Positions 8,770-17,444 of a stretch of DNA of 46,581 bases are shown here, piece by piece (position 1 is the stretch's first letter; every line of letters begins with the position of its first letter). The translations under genes and the position numbers were made by a program. The notes beneath the pieces are model-generated. The model saw only the letters and a list, made by a program, of their open reading frames with translations. It did not search any database and had not been told where the DNA came from. This DNA comes from a virus (lineage: Duplodnaviria > Caudoviricetes), in IMG/VR virus record IMGVR_UViG_3300020045_005628, positions 1-46,581 of that record, one strand, 5' to 3'.

Positions 8770-9207
8770 TTATTCTGTTTCGGAAACATACGGGAACACA
8801 TCAACTATTGCGGTTTCTGAAACTGAAGTAACTGAAAAATCTCCTAAAGTGTTTTTCATAGCAAAAATTGTATTGTGAAACGCGCCATCTACAGTAGCAG
8901 CACCGACCAATAAGAATAAATTTTGCTTTCTTTCTTTTCCGGTTTCTTCATCATAAGCAATTAGCGTTACTTTTGATTTAAACCATCGGTCATGATTTTC
9001 GCATGGATGAATTTCTGCGTAATTTACTACACGAATATTCGTAACCTTAAATTCTTCCGAAATGTATTCACGCATTTTTTCATTGATTCGGCTTTCTGCT
9101 TCAGTAAATGAAATTGCATCTACCAAATAAGGTTCTGTAACGACCTTTTGCGTGCCGTTTTCCGTTGTTTTTCTATACTTAACTTTGCATTCGTAATATG
9201 TACTCAT
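8770..9207 (-). CDS. DUF4494-family protein
   Basis: ECKVKY.K..ENG.QK.VTE.YLVDA.SFTEAE.RI, a characteristic Bacteroidota family. Confidence 0.85.
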   Translation of the reverse strand: MSTYYECKVKYRKTTENGTQKVVTEPYLVDAISFTEAESRINEKMREYISEEFKVTNIRVVNYAEIHPCENHDRWFKSKVTLIAYDEETGKERKQNLFLLVGAATVDGAFHNTIFAMKNTLGDFSVTSVSETAIVDVFPYVSETE

Positions 9208-9474
9208 AATTTTTGTTTTTGTGCCTTATGGCGGTTAATTATTAATTTTAATTTTTTGTTCGTATTGGTTAAAGTTCAGAGATATTAAACTCTGCATTGT
9301 TTTTACGAAATGTTCGTTTTGAAGTCATTTTATCGTATTTAATGCTTATTGTACGAACCGTTATTTTTTTAATTATTCCAGTTCCCTTATATGGATGGAC
9401 AATTTTTGTGTTTTCTTTTAAGTCTGTTAATTTCATTTCGTTTAGGTTTTAATTATTTGTTGTTTTCTAATTCT

Positions 9475-9888
9475 TTAAAAGTACTGCAATATTTCGGATT
9501 CTATTTCTTCATTTGTTACTCCAATCCATTCAATTATGACTGATTTTATAGCATCGTACAATTGATTAAATTCTAATTCATCCATATTAGCAAATGATAT
9601 GCTTTTTGCGTGCTTAAAAACCTCGCCTGTTAGCATATTTGCGCTTTCAGTATAATACCCAGCTGTAATAATTAAATCACGTCTTAAATCGTTTAAATTA
9701 GAATAAGCCTCTTGATTTTCAAAGCAAAGTTTAAACAAAGCGAATGCTTTTTTGTGAAATTTAGGGTTTCTTGCCTTACGATATTCGATTTCAAATTCCT
9801 CCCCGATTTTAATTTTAGAGTAAATTTCGTAATCTGAATCATACATTGGTTTTAAGCCTCCGTTAGTTTTTTTTACCAAAAATTTCAT
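9475..9888 (-). CDS. DUF1367-like protein
   Basis: RNPKFHKK.FAL...AGYY...KSISFANMDE.EF..LY signature. Confidence 0.8.
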   Translation of the reverse strand: MKFLVKKTNGGLKPMYDSDYEIYSKIKIGEEFEIEYRKARNPKFHKKAFALFKLCFENQEAYSNLNDLRRDLIITAGYYTESANMLTGEVFKHAKSISFANMDELEFNQLYDAIKSVIIEWIGVTNEEIESEILQYF

Positions 9889-9900
9889 ATTATAATGTTT

Positions 9901-10125
9901 TTAATCAATAAATCCTTTTAATTTTAAAGTTCCTGGTTCGCAAAGTAATTTTCCGTTTTCAACATATACAGGTTGCTTGCCATTAACCAATGGATCAGAA
10001 TGAAGTGTTCTTCCAATTAATCCGTTTTTTGTTTCTACGATATAACCTTTGTTTGTTTCGTTTAATTGAGCAAATGTATTTAATTGTTCAAACTCAAAAT
10101 CTAATTCTTCGTTATTTAATTCCAT
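9901..10125 (-). CDS. Hypothetical protein
   Basis: ORF; likely start MELNNEE. Confidence 0.55.
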   Translation of the reverse strand: MELNNEELDFEFEQLNTFAQLNETNKGYIVETKNGLIGRTLHSDPLVNGKQPVYVENGKLLCEPGTLKLKGFID

Positions 10126-10260
10126 TTTGTTTAATTGTAAAGTTAATAACATCATCATTTGGTTCTAAAACAGAATTGCAGTAAATCGGCAACTCTTTTG
10201 AAGGAATCAACCGTAAAATCAAATTACGGTTGTAGTTTCGGAATATTTCGTTAGTTTTCA

Positions 10261-11049
10261 TTATTTTGGCAGGTATTTATCAGGGTTTTCTAATCTATCT
10301 AATCGCTTTTTTAACTCTTGAATTTCATTTCTTTTCCTTGTTATTTCGTTTTGTTTTTGATCCTCCAAGTAGGTTTTTTTAGTTTCAATTTGTTTTTCCG
10401 ATAGATATTTATCATCAACATGAGAAATTTGTCTATCATCGAATTTAATTTCTCTCAATCTTTTAGAAATTATTTCGTCTAATTCCTCCTGAGTTGGATT
10501 AATTAAGATTCCGTATTTCGGACAAAGGAAATCACTTGATGATTCATAATCTTCATATAATAGATAACCCCATGCGCGTTCTTTTCCGTCTGCAATAGAT
10601 ATTTCAAGGGTTATTTTTAATCCTCGCATGCTTTTGTTTTCTTTATCTCTTACAATAGGCATAACAGATCTTTCAGTAAATAAAGCAACCGTTTTTGCAT
10701 TTAACAAATCAGAACGGTTTATGATAAACTTTTCATTATCAATTTTTGTTCTTTGGATAGAATTAATTTCTAATGTTAATTTTAATCTATCGTTTTGAAG
10801 CGTTTTTATATCTTCCTGAACAGCTTTCTTTTTTGATTCTAATTCTAATATCTCAGAGTCAATTTTTTGCTTTGGTGGGTTATCAAATATTTCACTTACA
10901 ACTTCTTCATTACCTTCAACTTCACAAGGATATGAATTGCCCTCGTAGTCATAATTTTCGTAAGTCATTATTCTTTGAATAACAAATCTTTCTCCAATTT
11001 GTTCTATTAAATTTGCTTGTTGCCCATTTTTTAAATAAACTGTCTTCAT
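10261..11049 (-). CDS. Hypothetical coiled-coil early protein
   Basis: 262-aa ORF directly downstream of the promoter at 11077. Confidence 0.75.
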   Translation of the reverse strand: MKTVYLKNGQQANLIEQIGERFVIQRIMTYENYDYEGNSYPCEVEGNEEVVSEIFDNPPKQKIDSEILELESKKKAVQEDIKTLQNDRLKLTLEINSIQRTKIDNEKFIINRSDLLNAKTVALFTERSVMPIVRDKENKSMRGLKITLEISIADGKERAWGYLLYEDYESSSDFLCPKYGILINPTQEELDEIISKRLREIKFDDRQISHVDDKYLSEKQIETKKTYLEDQKQNEITRKRNEIQELKKRLDRLENPDKYLPK

Positions 11050-11076
11050 ATTTTTTTTAGGTTTTTAATTATAATT

Positions 11077-11140
11077 CAAATGTACAAATTATACTAATCA
11101 CTTGTACAAATTGTACTAAATTTAGAACCGTTATAAATAA
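11077..11140 (-). promoter_or_regulatory. Early promoter cassette (64-bp repeat, copy 1): -7 element, two 13-bp operators (11082-11094, 11104-11116), 19-bp palindrome (11120-11138)
   Basis: 61/64 identical to 15881-15944. Confidence 0.85.
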
Positions 11141-11170
11141 CAATAAGCCGAACTTTCGAACGGCTTATTG
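11141..11170. terminator. Hairpin terminator upstream of the promoter
   Basis: CAATAAGCCG/CGGCTTATTG perfect 10-bp inverted repeat after the stop at 11186. Confidence 0.6.
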
Positions 11171-11185
11171 CATTGTCGGTGGTAT

Positions 11186-11455
11186 TTATGTTTTGTTAAA
11201 GAAATAATAATCAGGGTGTTTTTTGTTGTCTTCCTTTGGCTGAATATCTACACTTTCAAAAAATACAGAATTAAATTTAACTTCAGGAATTTCTTTTACA
11301 ATAACGTCAGTATGATAAGAATCAATATAAGTTCTTGATACTGTATATTCTTTTCCAACTTCTAAGTGTTTTTCAGCAACTTCTTTATGATAGTCATAGC
11401 CAGCATTTAAAGTTACGCATTTTATTTTATGGTTTTCTATTGCGTAAATATTCAT
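11186..11455 (-). CDS. Hypothetical protein
   Basis: 89-aa ORF. Confidence 0.7.
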   Translation of the reverse strand: MNIYAIENHKIKCVTLNAGYDYHKEVAEKHLEVGKEYTVSRTYIDSYHTDVIVKEIPEVKFNSVFFESVDIQPKEDNKKHPDYYFFNKT

Positions 11456-11467
11456 AATTATTTTTGT

Positions 11468-11689
11468 TTATTTATTAATACTTGATTCGTAAATTATTTC
11501 TGTTGCTTTGCCCTCAAAATAAAGGTTCTGATAAATTAATTCTTGTTGATACGTTGTAAAGTACTTTCGATTGTTTTCAACGCGTAATTTGCCGATTATA
11601 TGCTCTTTTTTTACGACTTGATGAACATCATTATATCTTACATTGCAACTCTCAGCAATTTGCATCATTGTTTTTATTCCGTGTTCCAT
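11468..11689 (-). CDS. Small HTH (MerR/excisionase-like) DNA-binding protein
   Basis: TMMQIAESCNVRYNDVHQVV helix-turn-helix plus RKYFT wing. Confidence 0.5.
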   Translation of the reverse strand: MEHGIKTMMQIAESCNVRYNDVHQVVKKEHIIGKLRVENNRKYFTTYQQELIYQNLYFEGKATEIIYESSINK

Positions 11690-11693
11690 AAAG

Positions 11694-12338
11694 CTACTGT
11701 TTTGAACTTTCGTGCAATCTTAATACTTTCGAATTTTCGTTTGCGTTTTTGAATATAAATTCTCTGGCCTGTTCCTCAGAAAGATGTGAATTTTTACTTC
11801 CTATTTCATAAGCGAATTGCCCTCTTTTTTGCTTTTCTTCAATACGCAAATTTAAAGTTTCTTCTGAGTGATTAAATTCTATACAAAATAAATCGTAATC
11901 TTTTGCGGTCAATCCTTCAAGGTGTTTTGTATCTGTTGCGTGAAAGGTTTTGTGATTTCCTTTAAAAATCCTATAACCGTAAATTTCGCAATTGTGATAA
12001 AGTTTGAAAGGAGATATTGAAAATTGGCCGTAATCATAAACGCAACCTGATTCGTAAACATCAATGTTTTTTATTCCTTCCAAATATTTCACCATCCATG
12101 AACCACAACCGACACGAATTAAAGGACGCTCAGCACATAATTTCTTTAATGCAGATATGTTTAGATGGTCGCTTAAATGTTCGTGAGTTAAAAGAATTAA
12201 TTGAATTTCTTTTTTGTATGGTTCAATTGCTTTGTAAGAAACACCGATATCAATCAAAATTTGTCTATGATACAAAACTGCATTACCGGTACTGCCAGTA
12301 CCGATAATTTCGCAGATTTGTTTACTAACATCATTCAT
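11694..12338 (-). CDS. Metallo-beta-lactamase-fold hydrolase (phage recombination-associated)
   Basis: TGSTGN...ILIDIG...LLTHEHLSDH...ATDT...IEFN...HLS; adjacent to RecT. Confidence 0.88.
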   Translation of the reverse strand: MNDVSKQICEIIGTGSTGNAVLYHRQILIDIGVSYKAIEPYKKEIQLILLTHEHLSDHLNISALKKLCAERPLIRVGCGSWMVKYLEGIKNIDVYESGCVYDYGQFSISPFKLYHNCEIYGYRIFKGNHKTFHATDTKHLEGLTAKDYDLFCIEFNHSEETLNLRIEEKQKRGQFAYEIGSKNSHLSEEQAREFIFKNANENSKVLRLHESSKQ

Positions 12339-12340
12339 TT

Positions 12341-13117
12341 TTAAATCTGAATTTTAGCTGGCAAAACTTCCGGTTCTTTTTGATCTAAAATTTCTTTTTC
12401 GAATACTTCTCGATGTTCAACATCGATAGTTTCAGGCTCAGAATACAAATCTTCTTTATCTGTATCTGAGTGCATTTCAATAACTCTTTTTAACGTAGCA
12501 TTGATTAATGTTTTTTCATACATTTCCTTTTCCCATTGCCAAAAATTACCACTTTTTGCTTTTGATTTTTCCCTACGTTGGTCTAAATCTGCTCTTGTAA
12601 AGTATTTTGGTCTAATATCATTGTTGTTTTTTTCAACAACGCAGTAACCACCAGTAATTTCACCTTTAAACGTTGGAATATGTTTGTCAATTTTCAATAC
12701 TCCGTATTCGTAGTGCATTTCAAATTCATCTTCAGCATTTACCAAAACAGGAATAACATCTTTTACATCGCAAACATTTTTTGCAACAAAAACTAATCCT
12801 TGATACTGCCATCCGAAACGTAAAGATTTACCTGTTGGTGATTCTTTGTCATTTTGAACGAAGAAATAACAATGGTTTTTTTCGAAATCTAATCTGTTTC
12901 TGAACATTTTAAGGAATGCTCTTGTAACTGAAATACTCGGCACTTGGTCTATAAATTCTAAAGTTGAAAGTTTCTCCATTGCAAAGAACACGCTTTCCTT
13001 ATAGCTTTCGGGCAAAGAAACGAATTTCGATGCTGCCATTGATTCCATTTGCTTAATTACGTCCGCTCTTACTTTTGTTGGTTCGTAAACCTGAACTTGA
13101 TTTTCTGTTGTACTCAT
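12341..13117 (-). CDS. recT: RecT/Redbeta-like single-strand annealing protein
   Basis: HCYF...QYQG...V...DEF...GGY...W..W..EM..KT pattern; DUF1351-RecT-MBL synteny. Confidence 0.78.
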   Translation of the reverse strand: MSTTENQVQVYEPTKVRADVIKQMESMAASKFVSLPESYKESVFFAMEKLSTLEFIDQVPSISVTRAFLKMFRNRLDFEKNHCYFFVQNDKESPTGKSLRFGWQYQGLVFVAKNVCDVKDVIPVLVNAEDEFEMHYEYGVLKIDKHIPTFKGEITGGYCVVEKNNNDIRPKYFTRADLDQRREKSKAKSGNFWQWEKEMYEKTLINATLKRVIEMHSDTDKEDLYSEPETIDVEHREVFEKEILDQKEPEVLPAKIQI

Positions 13118-13136
13118 TTTAATTTTTGGTTTTTAA

Positions 13137-13343
13137 TTATTTATTTAAGTAATTTAATTCAATCATAATTTTTCTTGCTTCTTGCGCTAAAATACTTCCT
13201 GATTCTAAAATATTTTCTTGGTTTTCTCCAACTGAATTAAAAGCATTTATTAAAACTTGTCTTTGATGTTGCATTTCATTAATTTTTTGTTCTAAAAAAC
13301 GTGATGCTTTATCTAAATCAACTCTTTGTTCTTGTAAATTCAT
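13137..13343 (-). CDS. Hypothetical coiled-coil protein
   Basis: 68-aa ORF. Confidence 0.6.
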   Translation of the reverse strand: MNLQEQRVDLDKASRFLEQKINEMQHQRQVLINAFNSVGENQENILESGSILAQEARKIMIELNYLNK

Positions 13344-13348
13344 AATTA

Positions 13349-14383
13349 TTAAATGTTTCTGTACTCGATACCGTTTTCTTTCATGTAAACTCCCAATGCA
13401 CGCAATTTTGTCATAGTTGCTTTTACTTCAAATGATGCTGTTTTAATTTCTTCTTTTGGAGCTTCTACGGTTGGCGCTTTAATTGGCTGTGTAATGGCTG
13501 GCTTTTCAATTGGAGCAGTAACATTTTCAGTAACTGAACTTTCAACAACTTCGATTTGCTTAGCTTTTTCAGCATTTACCATCGTAACAATTTCAGCGTA
13601 TTTTTCAGTAAAAACTTCTTTTGAAAGGTTATTTACATCACTTAAAGATACGAAAATTTCTTCGTTAAATTCGTATGCGTTGGTGATTTCTACGTAATTT
13701 AAACCCAATTTAATTAAAGCGATTTTGCGATTTTGGATAAGCTCAGCTTTGATTCTAGCTTGCTCGGCAGCTTCGTTTTCTTTACGGGTTTTAACCGTTG
13801 TAATTGCATTTGAAACTTTGAGGTTCTTTTTGTATTCTGTTAAAATTTCGGCTTCGTAATCAGTTGTTTTTATTAAAGCTAAATCATCAACTACTTTCAT
13901 AACGAAATCATTAGTTTGTTCTTTGTATTTCTTTTCAGAAGTCGAAAGATCGATTTTTAAGCCTAAATTTTCAAACGTTAAGAAGTCTATTTTTTCAGAT
14001 AATACCAATTCATCAAAGTATTCTTTAATATTGGCTTCTTTCTGTTTTTTGATTTTAAATTCAACAGTATCTATTCCGTTTTTCAACAACTCACCCGCTT
14101 TTTTGTAGCGGTCTGTAATTTCTGATTTGTAAACCGTTTCAAATTCTAAGTAAGGTGCGTTTACACCATCCTTAACGAATTTTCTTTTGCTTTCAAAGTC
14201 TTCAAACTCTTTGTTTAGTTCAGCTCTTAAAACCTTGTATGATTTTACGGTTAACTCAGTAAAAACCTGTTTATCCAGTTCTAAGCCGTCAATTCTTTCT
14301 TGAACATATTTTCCGGCATCTTGCAATTGGTGAACAATAATCGGTAATTGCTTTAAAATAATTTCGTTGTTTTTCTTTTCCAT
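13349..14383 (-). CDS. DUF1351-family coiled-coil protein
   Basis: K..RAELNK....E.KRK.VK.....PY..FE motif; C-terminal L..YM..NGIEY. Confidence 0.8.
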   Translation of the reverse strand: MEKKNNEIILKQLPIIVHQLQDAGKYVQERIDGLELDKQVFTELTVKSYKVLRAELNKEFEDFESKRKFVKDGVNAPYLEFETVYKSEITDRYKKAGELLKNGIDTVEFKIKKQKEANIKEYFDELVLSEKIDFLTFENLGLKIDLSTSEKKYKEQTNDFVMKVVDDLALIKTTDYEAEILTEYKKNLKVSNAITTVKTRKENEAAEQARIKAELIQNRKIALIKLGLNYVEITNAYEFNEEIFVSLSDVNNLSKEVFTEKYAEIVTMVNAEKAKQIEVVESSVTENVTAPIEKPAITQPIKAPTVEAPKEEIKTASFEVKATMTKLRALGVYMKENGIEYRNI

Positions 14384-14394
14384 GTTTTTAGTTT

Positions 14395-14595
14395 TTAAAA
14401 TCGGTTTATATCTTTACTTGAAACTTTGAATACTTTTAATTGTAACTTCATTTCTGAACGATAAAATAAAATAGTTTCAATAGATGTTTTTAATGCGGTT
14501 TTTGCTGTTTTAAGCGATTGTTTTAGTTTTTTAAAGGTTAGTATTGATTTTTGCTTTAATCTTGATGAATAATGGTTAATTGTTTCTTTTTTCAT
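14395..14595 (-). CDS. Hypothetical basic protein
   Basis: 66-aa coupled ORF. Confidence 0.5.
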   Translation of the reverse strand: MKKETINHYSSRLKQKSILTFKKLKQSLKTAKTALKTSIETILFYRSEMKLQLKVFKVSSKDINRF

Positions 14596-14810
14596 TATAC
14601 TATTTTATCAAGGTTGTAGTGATTTTTAATATAGCTTACATTTTCAGGAACTCTGAAATGTCCTGACGTTTCGTGTAATGCTTCGGTTACTTTTTGTTTA
14701 GCGAATGCAATCATTAACTCCTGAGTAGAAATGCTTTCATTTTCGTGCAAAAGCTTTAAAAACATTTCATTTGCCGTAATCGGTGTTGGTTTTGCTTTTT
14801 TAGTTTTCAT
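14595..14810 (-). CDS. Hypothetical protein
   Basis: 71-aa ORF. Confidence 0.65.
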   Translation of the reverse strand: MKTKKAKPTPITANEMFLKLLHENESISTQELMIAFAKQKVTEALHETSGHFRVPENVSYIKNHYNLDKIV

Positions 14811-14813
14811 AAT

Positions 14814-15053
14814 TTATTGTTTTATTTCCGTTATAAATATATCATCCATTTTTTTAACCTTGCAGAACTTTTGAATTACAGAAACAATCTGATATTCTGT
14901 AAGCTTGCCTTTGCCGGTTTTCTTTGCGTTTCTTGCGAGTATCCTAACAGAATCCGACTTTATACCTGTTACTTTAGAGATTAATTCTTTTAGTTTTTCG
15001 TTGCGAATAACGGCTTCGATGTATTCGTCTTTTAAGATTTTAATTTCGTGCAT
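14814..15053 (-). CDS. Putative Cro-like HTH regulator
   Basis: LKELISKVTGIKSDSVRILARN helix-turn-helix-like segment; small, basic, early. Confidence 0.45.
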   Translation of the reverse strand: MHEIKILKDEYIEAVIRNEKLKELISKVTGIKSDSVRILARNAKKTGKGKLTEYQIVSVIQKFCKVKKMDDIFITEIKQ

Positions 15054-15080
15054 ATTTATTTGTTTTTAAGGGTTTTTAAT

Positions 15081-15278
15081 TTAATTTTTATTGTATCTCT
15101 CAATTAGATAGTTTTTTATTTTATGTAAGCGTCTAATATTTTTCTTAGTATTTTGTAAGGCAAACTCATTAGGTATTGATTGTAAAAATAGTCTTTGATT
15201 GTTTAATGCTAAATCACAATTTTCAATCATTTCAATAATTGCTAACTTTCTTTGGTAGTATCTTTTCTGTTCTTGCAT
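15081..15278 (-). CDS. Hypothetical protein
   Basis: 65-aa ORF. Confidence 0.6.
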   Translation of the reverse strand: MQEQKRYYQRKLAIIEMIENCDLALNNQRLFLQSIPNEFALQNTKKNIRRLHKIKNYLIERYNKN

Positions 15279-15290
15279 GGTTTTAGGGTT

Positions 15291-15554
15291 TTAAAATGGT
15301 AAATAAAAATCAATCATTGGGTTGTTTTCGCATGTAAATACTTGTTTTATTACTAATGGATTTACAGGTGATTCAATTAACGGAATAGTTAAATTGTTTT
15401 CCTTTAATTTATATTCAAGAACAGATATGTATAATTCTAAATACTCTATAGTTGTATCTTGATGATATTGGTTGTTTACGGATATTTGCATACAATCAGA
15501 TTCATTAAAACAATCCAATCCTAAAACGCCTCCGCATGCTCTACAGTTTGCCAT
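15291..15554 (-). CDS. Hypothetical Cys-containing protein
   Basis: 87-aa ORF with CxxC...C....C. Confidence 0.6.
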   Translation of the reverse strand: MANCRACGGVLGLDCFNESDCMQISVNNQYHQDTTIEYLELYISVLEYKLKENNLTIPLIESPVNPLVIKQVFTCENNPMIDFYLPF

Positions 15555-15556
15555 AA

Positions 15557-15844
15557 CTAATCTAAATTTAAAGTTTTACCATCATAATAATGTGATGCTC
15601 CTAAATTATTAGTTATGTTTCTTGGAGTTAAAGAAAACGTAACCTCAAAACTTTGAAACATTTTTTTTGCTTCTGCTTTCTTTTTTGCTAATGATGGTTT
15701 AGTTGGAATTGAATTATAAACAGCAACATAAAAAGATCTTTTAACATCATTCCATGATTTTATTAATGCCTGGCTAAAAGTTATGTTGTACTTTCTGTAA
15801 AGTTTCCAAGCTTTTGAAAAGATTTCTGATTTATTTGCTTTCAT
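15557..15844 (-). CDS. Hypothetical early protein
   Basis: NKSEIF..AW..Y......FS.AL..SW helical motif seen in small phage early proteins; first gene after the promoter. Confidence 0.7.
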   Translation of the reverse strand: MKANKSEIFSKAWKLYRKYNITFSQALIKSWNDVKRSFYVAVYNSIPTKPSLAKKKAEAKKMFQSFEVTFSLTPRNITNNLGASHYYDGKTLNLD

Positions 15845-15880
15845 AATATTTTAATTAAAGGTTATCGTTTTATTGTTTAG

Positions 15881-15944
15881 CAAATGTACAAATTATACTA
15901 ATCACTTGTACAATTTATACGAAATTTAGAACCGTTATAAATAA
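15881..15944 (-). promoter_or_regulatory. Early promoter cassette (64-bp repeat, copy 2) with 13-bp operators (15886-15898, 15908-15920) and 19-bp palindrome (15924-15942)
   Basis: 61/64 identical to 11077-11140. Confidence 0.85.
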
Positions 15945-15951
15945 GGAAAAC

Positions 15952-15981
15952 AAAAAATCCCTGCTCAAAAGAACAAGGATT
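15952..15981 (-). terminator. Terminator ending the late/lysis transcript
   Basis: AATCCTTGTTC-TTTT-GAGCAGGGATT followed by a U-run. Confidence 0.7.
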
Positions 15982-16060
15982 AAATGCTAAAAACCAAATA
16001 ATGAAAACGGGTAACCACTCCCGAAAAAACCTAAAAAAAATTGTAATTATGAAATTCGAT

Positions 16061-16163
16061 TAGTGAAGTAGATGGAATTGAACCAATCACGATGCGCTAC
16101 AATGTTTTAGCCTTTTAGTCTATCCTAATCAACCTAAAACCATCACACAACCCTTTTACTCCG
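16061..16163 (-). ncRNA. tRNA-like RNA (acceptor stem and T-arm, no anticodon arm)
   Basis: CGGAGTA...TACTTCA acceptor-like stem; GGTTCAATTCC T-loop; own -7-like element at 16167-16174. Confidence 0.45.
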
Positions 16164-16184
16164 TTGTAAATATAACAAATAATT

Positions 16185-16319
16185 CTACAACTTATCAAAA
16201 ACCTCGTCAACTTTTTGTGCGTTGGGCGTGTTCTTAATGCCTTTTTGATTTCGGATAATTAATTTACCAACGAATAAAAGTATTTTTCCTACTGTAGTTT
16301 TAAAGAATGGCTTTTTCAT
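16185..16319 (-). CDS. 44-aa cationic amphipathic peptide of the lysis cassette
   Basis: MKKPFFKTTVGKILLFVGKLIIRNQK...; ATGA-coupled to the upstream micro-ORF. Confidence 0.55.
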   Translation of the reverse strand: MKKPFFKTTVGKILLFVGKLIIRNQKGIKNTPNAQKVDEVFDKL

Positions 16320-16399
16320 AATAGAGAAAAAATAATTATTGAATACAATATTGATATTACTATCATTGCGTCTAAATTTTGTTTTATAAAGTCTTTCAT
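16316..16399 (-). CDS. 27-aa single-TM micro-protein
   Basis: MKDFIKQNLDAMIVISILYSIIIFSLL; ATGA overlaps at both ends. Confidence 0.45.
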   Translation of the reverse strand: MKDFIKQNLDAMIVISILYSIIIFSLL

Positions 16400-16464
16400 A
16401 CCCATGTTCCTTTTTCAATTTTGCTTCCGTGAACTACATCGCCAAATACTGTGTCGTTTTTCAT
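16396..16464 (-). CDS. 22-aa micro-ORF
   Basis: ATGA-coupled to the endolysin stop and to the next ORF. Confidence 0.35.
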   Translation of the reverse strand: MKNDTVFGDVVHGSKIEKGTWV

Positions 16465-17066
16465 GCTGTTATCTTTTTATAGTTTAAAATTGTTTTCCAT
16501 TTAGCTAAACATTGCACACGATGCGCATAACCATTAGAATCCCCCTCTTTAATAGTTTGCTTACCGATGTTTATCTGATCGCTTACAGCGTCCAAATCAT
16601 CCAAATCAGCGTATTTATTCAAACCGTTATCATTCCAAAAGATTAAAGCACATAAAATTGCGTTTGGTTCTTCTAAAATTAAATCCGGATTAGCAACAAA
16701 ATCAATTCCTGTTTTATCTTTTAGCCTTTGATATCCGTTTTTAAAAGTGTTCTGAATAAATCCACCACCACGATATTTAAACCCGTCACCGCTTGCTTGA
16801 TTACTGTTACCGCCTCGATTAGCATAAACGTAATTCGCACAATGTTCTGAGTTTTGCAAAAAAGATTTGACAAACGAATCTGTTTTGTTTAAAAAAGGAG
16901 TATAAAAAGTTTTTCTTAATCCATATATAGACTTAAAATACAAAGATTCACGTTTTGACACTAAACCGCTTTCATGGTCTAATTGCGCCATAAAATGAGC
17001 GATACGTAAAGGCGTGTTTACCTCATATTTTTCAAATAGTGATTTATATTTTTCGTTTAGGTTCAT
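16461..17066 (-). CDS. Endolysin, glycoside hydrolase family 19 (chitinase/lysozyme-like)
   Basis: TPLRIAHFMAQLDHESG...VYANRGGN....GDGFKYRGGGFIQ.T...NPDL...FW..NGLN..AD. Confidence 0.92.
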   Translation of the reverse strand: MNLNEKYKSLFEKYEVNTPLRIAHFMAQLDHESGLVSKRESLYFKSIYGLRKTFYTPFLNKTDSFVKSFLQNSEHCANYVYANRGGNSNQASGDGFKYRGGGFIQNTFKNGYQRLKDKTGIDFVANPDLILEEPNAILCALIFWNDNGLNKYADLDDLDAVSDQINIGKQTIKEGDSNGYAHRVQCLAKWKTILNYKKITA

Positions 17067-17184
17067 CTTGTTTTATGAGTTTATTTAGCAATTCGTTTCC
17101 TTTATCAATTGATTTATCAATAGCAATAAGCGTCTGTTTAAAACACTTTCTTTCGGGTGTATTGTATGTAATGGTTCCGCACAT
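17044..17184 (-). CDS. 46-aa protein between the holin-like gene and endolysin
   Basis: Manual translation MCGTITYNTPERKCFKQ...; overlaps both neighbours. Confidence 0.5.
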   Translation of the reverse strand: MCGTITYNTPERKCFKQTLIAIDKSIDKGNELLNKLIKQDEPKRKI

Positions 17185-17444
17185 TACCTATCTTTTTTTA
17201 AATCAACGTAATCGGTCATTTTAGACAAGCTCTGAACAAACAAATTATATGAGTTGTTTAGCTTTATAAGTGTTTCATTAGATGCTTTTAATTCGTCTCT
17301 AAACTCCTTTTGCAATGATTTATGTTCTTTATACAAAAAAACAACCACACCCGATAAAGTGATAATTCCTGTTATTAATGCAGTATTTAAATCAACATAA
17401 TTATGCGCTAATTCTGCGGTGGCTGAAGGTTGTAAAAACATCAT
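17184..17444 (-). CDS. Putative holin/antiholin (1 TM plus coiled coil)
   Basis: TALITGIITLSGVVVFLY TM; located upstream of the endolysin. Confidence 0.55.
   Translation of the reverse strand: MMFLQPSATAELAHNYVDLNTALITGIITLSGVVVFLYKEHKSLQKEFRDELKASNETLIKLNNSYNLFVQSLSKMTDYVDLKKDR

Noticed and set aside
11077-15944. CRISPR array or att sites from the repeated promoter sequence
   Set aside because: Only two dispersed copies, explained by promoter/operator content; no spacers, cas genes or integrase
16061-16163. Canonical tRNA gene
   Set aside because: No D-arm or 7-nt anticodon loop, an imperfect T-stem and no CCA; kept only as a tRNA-like RNA
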